This document shows positions 57,750 to 64,000 of a DNA stretch of 64,000 nt, piece after piece (position 1 is the first letter of the stretch; each line of letters starts with the position of its first letter). The position numbers and the translations under genes were made by a program. Source of the stretch: Verrucomicrobiaceae bacterium (GTDB lineage Bacteria > Verrucomicrobiota > Verrucomicrobiia > Verrucomicrobiales > Akkermansiaceae); assembly GCA_051252135.1 (NCBI GenBank), contig JBPOGH010000009.1, forward strand, positions 137,098-201,097, given 5' to 3'. The notes under the pieces were generated by a model that made no database searches, was not told the DNA's origin, and saw nothing but the letters and a program-made list of their open reading frames with translations.

Positions 57750-58818
57750 GAATATCAAGGTGCTCTGTGTCGGAGCCGGACATATGGGGCGCTCGCATGC
57801 GTTGGCGTATCATCAGATCGAGGGGTTTGAGATTTGTGGGATTGTGACGCGATCGGCCGGGAGTCGTGATGCCTTGAATGAGGAGCTGGGCGGCGGTTAC
57901 GCGGGGTTTGGCGATTTCTATGAAGCTCTGGAGGCGACGAAGCCGGATGCGGTGAGTATTTCGACTTATCCTGATACGCATGCGGAGTATGCCTTGGCGG
58001 CGATGGAGTCGGGTGCGGATGTGTTTATCGAGAAGCCGCTGGCGGAGACGGTGGAGGAGGCGGAGCGAATTGTGGCGAAGGCACAGGAGACGGGGCGGAA
58101 GTTGGTGATTGGTTACATTTTAAGACACCATCCGAGCTGGATTAAATTTATCGATGTGGCGCAGACGCTAGGGAAGCCGCTGGTGATGCGGATGAACCTG
58201 AACCAGCAGTCGAGCGAGGCGAATTGGGAGACGCATAAGAATCTGATGTCGTCGATTTCTCCGATCGTGGACTGCGGGGTGCATTATGTGGATGTGATGT
58301 GTCAGATGACGCGGAGCAAGCCGGTGCGGGTGAGCGGGATCGGGGCGCGGCTGACGGATGAGCTTCCGGAGGGGAAGATCAATTATGGTCATTTGCAGGT
58401 GACTTTTGAGGATGGAAGTGTGGGTTGGTATGAGGCGGGTTGGGGGCCAATGATGAGCGAGACGGCGTTCTTTGTGAAAGACGTGGTGGGGCCCAAGGGC
58501 TGCGTGACGATTTGTGCGAAGGATGCGGGAGGAGAGGGTGCCTCGGCGGATGTGGATGCGCATACCAAGACGCAGATGCTACGTCTGCATCACAGTCCGC
58601 TGAACGCGGAAGGAAAATTTGAGAAGGAGGATGAGTGGATCGGAACCGAGGATGAGCCGGATCATGATGGTCTGTGCCGCCGGGAGCAGGAGTTTTTCCT
58701 GAAGGCGATCCGGGAAGATGAGGATTTGGGAGACCACATGGCGGACGCGATCAATTCGATGCGCATTGTGGCGGCAGCGGATGAAAGCTTTCGCACGGGT
58801 AAGACTGTAGAATTATGA
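57742..58818 (+). CDS. Cytoplasmic Gfo/Idh/MocA oxidoreductase
   Basis: VGAGHMG, EKPLA, DCGVHYVD. Confidence 0.9.
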   Translation: MSKNIKVLCVGAGHMGRSHALAYHQIEGFEICGIVTRSAGSRDALNEELGGGYAGFGDFYEALEATKPDAVSISTYPDTHAEYALAAMESGADVFIEKPLAETVEEAERIVAKAQETGRKLVIGYILRHHPSWIKFIDVAQTLGKPLVMRMNLNQQSSEANWETHKNLMSSISPIVDCGVHYVDVMCQMTRSKPVRVSGIGARLTDELPEGKINYGHLQVTFEDGSVGWYEAGWGPMMSETAFFVKDVVGPKGCVTICAKDAGGEGASADVDAHTKTQMLRLHHSPLNAEGKFEKEDEWIGTEDEPDHDGLCRREQEFFLKAIREDEDLGDHMADAINSMRIVAAADESFRTGKTVEL

Positions 58819-60056
58819 TGATGAAGACGTTTTTGATTGGATTGGCCTGTCTGGGCACGGCCTTGGGTGATGAGATGGTGAGCTTGTTTAATGGCAGGGA
58901 CCTCGCCGGATGGGGAGGTGCGGGAAAGACGGAGGTGGCGGGATATGTGGTGAAAGACGGGGTCATTGAGTCGACGCCGAAGTGTCGTTTTCTGATCACG
59001 GAGAAGGAGTATGAGAACTATGTCTTCGAGTTCGAATTCCAGTTGACTCCGGGGGCGAACAACGGGTTGGGGATTCATTATCCGGGGCAGGGGGATGCGG
59101 CTTACACGGGGATGGAGGTTCAGATTTTGGACAACACGCATCCGAAGTATGCCAAGCTGAAGGATTATCAGTTTCACGGCGGGCTTTACACGCTGAAGGC
59201 GGCGAAGAAGGGCCATCTCAAACCGGTGGGTGAGTGGAATAAGGAGGTGGTGACGGTGAATGGACCGCTGGTGAAGGTGGAGCTGAACGGGGCGCTGATC
59301 TTGGAGGCGGATTTGAATGAGATTAATGCGTCGAATCCGAAGCATGAGGGGGCGAAGCGGCGGCGGGGGCATCTGGCCTTTTGCGGTCACGGGGATATTA
59401 TCCGGCTCCGCAATTTGAAGATCAAAGAGCTGCCGGCGACGCCGATTTTTAACGGGAAGGATTTGACGGGATGGCACACGGATGTGCCGGCGGCGGATAA
59501 GAATCCGGAGATTAAGCCGAGCTTTGTGGTGCGGGACGGGATGTTGGTGAGCCTGGGGAAACCGGGCGGGCATGTGATCACGAATGCGGTGCACGAGAAC
59601 TACTGCTTTGAGCTGGAGTATCGTTTTGTGAACGGGCCGGGGAATTGCGGGGTGCTGGTGCATGCGTCCACGCCGCGCGAGTTGTACGGAATGTTTCCGA
59701 AGTCGATCGAGGTGCAGATGCATCATGAGAATGCGGGCGATTTCTGGTGTATCGGGGAGAACATCGAGGTGCCGGATATGGAGGCGCGCCGACCGAAGGG
59801 GCAGAATCAGAAGTGGGGTGGGGCGCAGGGTGATGCGCGTCGTATTTTAAATCTAACAGATGGTTCCGAGAAGCCGGTGGGCGAGTGGAACAAGATGAAG
59901 ATTGAGTGTCGTGGTGACGAGGTGAAGGTGTGGATGAACGGCGACTTTGTGAATCACGGGATGAAGTGCACGGCGTCCAAGGGACGGATTGCGCTGCAGG
60001 CCGAGGGGGTGGAGGTGGAGTTCAAAGAGCTGCAGGTGACTCCGCTTGGGGAGTAG
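58815..60056 (+). CDS. Secreted tandem DUF1080 (3-keto-glycoside hydratase/hydrolase-like) protein
   Basis: Two repeats of [LI]FNG-x-DL-x-GW...KPVGEWN; signal peptide. Confidence 0.9.
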   Translation: MMMKTFLIGLACLGTALGDEMVSLFNGRDLAGWGGAGKTEVAGYVVKDGVIESTPKCRFLITEKEYENYVFEFEFQLTPGANNGLGIHYPGQGDAAYTGMEVQILDNTHPKYAKLKDYQFHGGLYTLKAAKKGHLKPVGEWNKEVVTVNGPLVKVELNGALILEADLNEINASNPKHEGAKRRRGHLAFCGHGDIIRLRNLKIKELPATPIFNGKDLTGWHTDVPAADKNPEIKPSFVVRDGMLVSLGKPGGHVITNAVHENYCFELEYRFVNGPGNCGVLVHASTPRELYGMFPKSIEVQMHHENAGDFWCIGENIEVPDMEARRPKGQNQKWGGAQGDARRILNLTDGSEKPVGEWNKMKIECRGDEVKVWMNGDFVNHGMKCTASKGRIALQAEGVEVEFKELQVTPLGE

Positions 60057-60107
60057 GTTTCTGAAAAACCATTGAGGGCGATCATTTAGGGAAAAGTATC
60101 CACTGCC

Positions 60108-60686
60108 ATGTGTGTCCGAGTTGCTGCGATTCTCATCTTAGGTGCCTTATTCTGTGCAATTTACTTCCAAGGCACTTTCGGAAATGAGGGTCGACGAGTT
60201 GAGGATGCGCCGAATGAAAGATTGGTGCGTTCAAGGAATGGAGACGAAGTGAAGCCGGCCACACTCAAAACGAGGATCAGGGAAAAGGAGCAGGCTTCTT
60301 CCCAGCCTTATAAGATCAGAAACTATGTCGAGTTTACGGCCTCTGATCATGTGGAGAGAATTCAGCAGAATTTGAGTGGAGTGCGATTACTTGGGAAGGT
60401 CGAAGGGAAGGCATTGAAGACGATTGATGATGTGGATCAAGAGATGGCGGTGGTGATCGACCTGCCCACAAGGATGTACTATCAACACAGCTATTTTGAG
60501 AAGGATGGGTGGATTTATCTGTGGGGCGGCACTCGCAGCGATCCCGAGCACGGGTATGCCTTTGAAATGAAAACGGGCAATTTTTTCGTTTGGAAGATCT
60601 ACAAGGATAAGAGGTGGGATCGTTACCTTACGGAGGTAGGAGATTACTTTTTCCAGCTCAAGGATTTGTCTTTTGTTCCGCAGTAG
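60108..60686 (+). CDS. Hypothetical membrane-anchored protein
   Basis: 192-aa ORF with an N-terminal hydrophobic helix; no recognised motif. Confidence 0.65.
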   Translation: MCVRVAAILILGALFCAIYFQGTFGNEGRRVEDAPNERLVRSRNGDEVKPATLKTRIREKEQASSQPYKIRNYVEFTASDHVERIQQNLSGVRLLGKVEGKALKTIDDVDQEMAVVIDLPTRMYYQHSYFEKDGWIYLWGGTRSDPEHGYAFEMKTGNFFVWKIYKDKRWDRYLTEVGDYFFQLKDLSFVPQ

Positions 60687-60726
60687 GTCGATTGTGGATC
60701 TCTCCGCTTGGGGAGTAGGTTCGGGG

Positions 60727-62724
60727 TCACTTTTGGGTGACTTGGACGGTGGGGGGGAGAAGGGAGAGTTGTTCTGCGGTGAATTGTCCTTTGGTGATGA
60801 TAAGGGTGCGGAGGGAGGGCATTTGTTGCAGGGAGGAGAGTTGGGTGTGTGCGGTTTGGCGGAGGTCGAGGGATTCGAGGTCGAGGCCGCGGAGTTCATG
60901 GAGACCGTTGAGTTGGCTGCCGCGGAGGTCGAGGGAGCGGAGGTTCATGAGGCGGAGGAGGCAGAGGGGTTTTCCGCGTGATTCATCGGTAAGGCTGCCG
61001 AGGGGTCTGAAGAGGGATTTGAGGCCGGGGCCGGCGATGTGGAGGTGCCGGCGGGTTGGATCGTAGTCGAAGATGTGGTTTTTCCAAGCGGGGTTGGAGA
61101 GTTCGAGGACGGCTTTGACAATCCGGCTCTGTGCCTTGGGGAATTTGCGGGTGAGGCTGTCGAAGACGACCATTTTTTCGATGAGCTCGGTGCGGAGTTG
61201 TTTTCCTTCGTCGAGGAGGTTGAGGAGGGCGATGAAGTCCGGGGTGGAGAGGAGGCCGTTTGATTGGACGAGGGGGGCGAATTGGGGGCTGAGTTTGAGG
61301 AGGAGGTGGCGGCTACCGACACGTTTTTTGAGGCAGGGTTCGGCCTCTGCGAAGCGCTGGGTCATAAAGAGGGTGTAGCCTTTGATGGTCCAGAGGGGGT
61401 TGGTGGGGGAGGGGTCTTTGGTGAGTTCGCGATCCATGTATTGGAGGGCGTTGGCGATGGCGTTGAGGGTGATGGACTCATCGATCATGAGTCGATGGAA
61501 GAGGAGTTGAGCGTCGTCGGGGATGCCGTCGGTGGTTTGATCGAGGAGGGCGGAGGAGAAGTCTTTTTCTTGTTCGTATTTGGCGAGGGCGATGCTGGTG
61601 CGCTCAAGGGCTTCTTCTGTTTCACCTAGGGCGGTGGTGGTCTCCTGATAGCTTTTGTTGAGTTGTTGGGTGAACCAGATGCCGGCTCCGAGGAGAAGGG
61701 TGGAGAAGAAGAGGGTGATGAGGCAGGGTTGGCGGTTGCGGCGGTAGAATCGGCGTGCTTCGCGGAAGAAGGAGGTGGGTTCGGCCTTGGGTCGGTAGCC
61801 GTTGAGGTGGCGGCGGATGTCCTCCATGAGGGCGTTTACGGAGGGGTATCGATTTTGGGGCTCGGGGGCGCAGGCTTTTTCGATGATGGCGGTGACGGCG
61901 GGGGATTCGGGTGGTTGGGTTTGGCGTTGGTCGGGTTTGTTGAGGGTGGCGAGCTCATAGAGGATGCAGCCGAGGGTGTAGATCTCGGTCTGGGGGGATT
62001 TGGTGGAGCGGGGGTCTTCTTGCTCGGGGGCCATGTAGCCGGGGGTGCCCTTGACGACGGCGTCGAGTTGGTCTCCATAGAGGTCGGGATCGAGGAGGGC
62101 GACGGAGTGGTGTTCTTCGGTGTCGGCGCGCTCGATTTCTCCCATGCCCCAGTCGCAGACCTGGACTTCTCCGAAGTTTCCGACCTGGATGTTATCTGGT
62201 TTGAGGTCGAGGTGGAGGACGCGGCGGGAGTGGGCGTAGGAGATGGCCTCGCAGATGCGGAGGATGATGGAGAGGCGGCGTTGGTAGGGGTAGGCGTCGA
62301 GGTCTTTTCCAGCGCGGAGGTTGGAGAGGATTTTCCGGAGGGAGGGTCCGGTTTTGAGCTCCATCGTGAAGTAGGGGCGGTCCTGATCATCGATGCCCAT
62401 GTCGAAGAGTTTGATGATATTGGGGTGCTCGAGGCGGGCGGTGATGTGGGCTTCGCGGAGGAAGGCATCGTAGCGCTCGATGGGGACGCCTTTTTTGGGG
62501 TGGGCGAGGGCGACGCGGCGCTCGGTGCGTTCATCGTAGACGCGGTAGACTTCTTTCATGCCGCCTTTTCCGATGAGTTCGGGATCGGTGTAGCGGTCCT
62601 CGATGTGGCGGAGGGTGTTGTAGAGGGGGCAGATTTCCTGGGTGAGCTCTTTGGGTTGTCCCTGGAGCTGGCTTTCTGCTTCCTGGTAGAGGTCCGAGTA
62701 GGAGGTGGGCGGGAGGGAGGACAT
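60727..62724 (-). CDS. Membrane Ser/Thr protein kinase with C-terminal helical and leucine-rich-repeat region
   Basis: GKGGMK, HLDLKPDN, DWG, GTPGYMAPEQ; TM helix after RRNR; LRSLDLRGSQL/LESLDLRQT repeats. Confidence 0.9.
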   Translation of the reverse strand: MSSLPPTSYSDLYQEAESQLQGQPKELTQEICPLYNTLRHIEDRYTDPELIGKGGMKEVYRVYDERTERRVALAHPKKGVPIERYDAFLREAHITARLEHPNIIKLFDMGIDDQDRPYFTMELKTGPSLRKILSNLRAGKDLDAYPYQRRLSIILRICEAISYAHSRRVLHLDLKPDNIQVGNFGEVQVCDWGMGEIERADTEEHHSVALLDPDLYGDQLDAVVKGTPGYMAPEQEDPRSTKSPQTEIYTLGCILYELATLNKPDQRQTQPPESPAVTAIIEKACAPEPQNRYPSVNALMEDIRRHLNGYRPKAEPTSFFREARRFYRRNRQPCLITLFFSTLLLGAGIWFTQQLNKSYQETTTALGETEEALERTSIALAKYEQEKDFSSALLDQTTDGIPDDAQLLFHRLMIDESITLNAIANALQYMDRELTKDPSPTNPLWTIKGYTLFMTQRFAEAEPCLKKRVGSRHLLLKLSPQFAPLVQSNGLLSTPDFIALLNLLDEGKQLRTELIEKMVVFDSLTRKFPKAQSRIVKAVLELSNPAWKNHIFDYDPTRRHLHIAGPGLKSLFRPLGSLTDESRGKPLCLLRLMNLRSLDLRGSQLNGLHELRGLDLESLDLRQTAHTQLSSLQQMPSLRTLIITKGQFTAEQLSLLPPTVQVTQK

Positions 62725-63372
62725 TTATTGGGGAGGGATGTCGTCGAAGGTTTCGAGATCACGTTTGAGGACCTGAATTTCGCGGAGGAGCATGGCTTTG
62801 ACGCGGTGTTTGAGGATATAGACGGTGTTGATCTTGATGCCGAGGGTCTCGGCGATGTCTTCGACGGAGGTGCCACCGAGGGACATGGTGAAGACGTCTA
62901 CGGCGTTGCCTGAGAAGACCTGGCGGGCGCGGTCGAGGGCGATCTCGACGACGTATTGCTGCCATTCGTTTTCGACGCGGGCGTCGAGCTCCGGTGAGTC
63001 GGCGAGGGTATCAGAGATGGGGGAGTCGGCGTCATCGAAACTGGTGCCTTGGGGTTCGCGCTTTTTGGACTGGATGATGTTGAGGGCGGTATTGCGGATG
63101 AGCTTGGCGAACCACGTTCGAAATTTGGCGCGCTTGGGGTCGCGTTCGTAGGTTTTGAGGCCTTTCCAAAGGCGGAGGGAGACTTGTTGGCGGGCGTCAT
63201 CGAGATCTGCGCCGCGGAATCCCATACTTCCGAGAACTTTGGAGATGAAGGGCTCGTAGAAGCCAAGGAGTTCGTTCCAGGCTAGGTCGCTCTTTTCATC
63301 ACGGGCACGTTGAAGCAGCGTGACCCGCGTGAGGAGGCGGTCGCTGGACTTGTGCGAGGTGGTGAATGGCAT
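62725..63372 (-). CDS. ECF RNA polymerase sigma factor
   Basis: TRVTLLQR...AWNEL, FRTWFAKLIRN (region 2), VEDIAETLGIKINTVYILKHRV (region 4); stop codon abuts the kinase ATG. Confidence 0.9.
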   Translation of the reverse strand: MPFTTSHKSSDRLLTRVTLLQRARDEKSDLAWNELLGFYEPFISKVLGSMGFRGADLDDARQQVSLRLWKGLKTYERDPKRAKFRTWFAKLIRNTALNIIQSKKREPQGTSFDDADSPISDTLADSPELDARVENEWQQYVVEIALDRARQVFSGNAVDVFTMSLGGTSVEDIAETLGIKINTVYILKHRVKAMLLREIQVLKRDLETFDDIPPQ

Positions 63373-63912
63373 GGCGATTACTTTAAACAAACTTGGGTCA
63401 TCCCGCGCATCCAAAAATGCAGAGTGCTTCAATAGATCGCCTTCAGCGCTGCTGACGACTAAGGAGCAAGCGAGTAAACTGAAGCCTGGAGCCATAGAGG
63501 ACTCTGGCGCAGGGATGGAAACGAACGTGATCTTTGAGATATTGAACCGGTTGTTTCTGCGACCAATGTATCCGTGTTTTCGTTGAACCCGTTACCAGTG
63601 TTGGAGGCCGTGGATCCAGCTCCGGCTGGATGATTGTCAGACTCCAGATGGAGCGTTTGGTTCCGAGTTCCAAATGTCAAAACACTGGAGAAGAAGATTA
63701 CCAGGTGTTGGCTCACTGCCGCGCCTCCTCATCCGACTAATGCATCGTGAATATAGGCTCGAGCCCCTCCACGAACCGATGGTCAAGAGATGTTAATAAC
63801 AGGCCGCCAAATTTGCGGAGATCCCCCTAAAACAACATCTTCTTAATCGGCTTATTTTAAGTGCATTAAGAGGTTTCTGCAAAAAAACCGCGGGAAAGAT
63901 TATCTTAAATCG

Positions 63913-63940
63913 TTGACGTGGGCCCGAAATTTACTAGAGT
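63913..63940 (+). promoter_or_regulatory. Candidate sigma70 promoter for a transcript leaving the window
   Basis: TTGACG-N16-TAGAGT preceded by an AT-rich tract. Confidence 0.45.
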
Positions 63941-64000
63941 GGCCCTGCGGCAGCGAACGCCGCCAGTGAGAGACCATGTAGTCGATCGCCCCTCAGGACC

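Noticed and set aside
63459..63716. 85-aa minus-strand ORF with a Gly/Ser/Thr/Asn-rich stretch
   Set aside because: It might be a remnant of a surface-protein gene, but no motif or homology can be supported.
1..64000. tRNA, rRNA, tmRNA or RNase P genes
   Set aside because: No recognisable signatures were found in the intergenic regions by eye; tRNAscan and Infernal were not run.

Overview
GC-rich bacterial chromosomal window, most consistent with Verrucomicrobiota (inferred from five PEP-CTERM genes, lamin-tail/CotH proteins, sulfatases, a DUF6797-type multiheme protein and an ECF sigma/Ser-Thr kinase pair). No rRNA, tRNA, CRISPR array, transposase or integrase was recognised. Contents in order: (i) a rearranged accessory patch at ~2.1-5.7 kb with four MITE-like palindromic elements from three families sharing one conserved core, two DUF3750 gene remnants, an AT-rich PEP-CTERM gene bracketed by inverted ends, and REP-like repeats; (ii) large secreted proteins, five of which end in a shared C-terminal ...F[FY]R[LV]-type domain; (iii) a sialic-acid locus (GntR/LacI regulator, nanA, NanM-Kelch/SSS-transporter fusion, AGE epimerase, GH33 sialidase); (iv) corA, pepC, dps, add and a SWIM-SNF2 helicase; (v) a nagB-araC-MFS-Gfo/Idh/MocA-DUF1080 operon with a divergent Tat oxidoreductase; (vi) an ECF sigma factor coupled to a membrane kinase whose lysine sits in the WNK-type position. 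Strand G/C bias appears inverted over ~14-42 kb. Start codons were moved from the ORF track to the most plausible ATG. All family assignments come from recognised motifs, not database searches.
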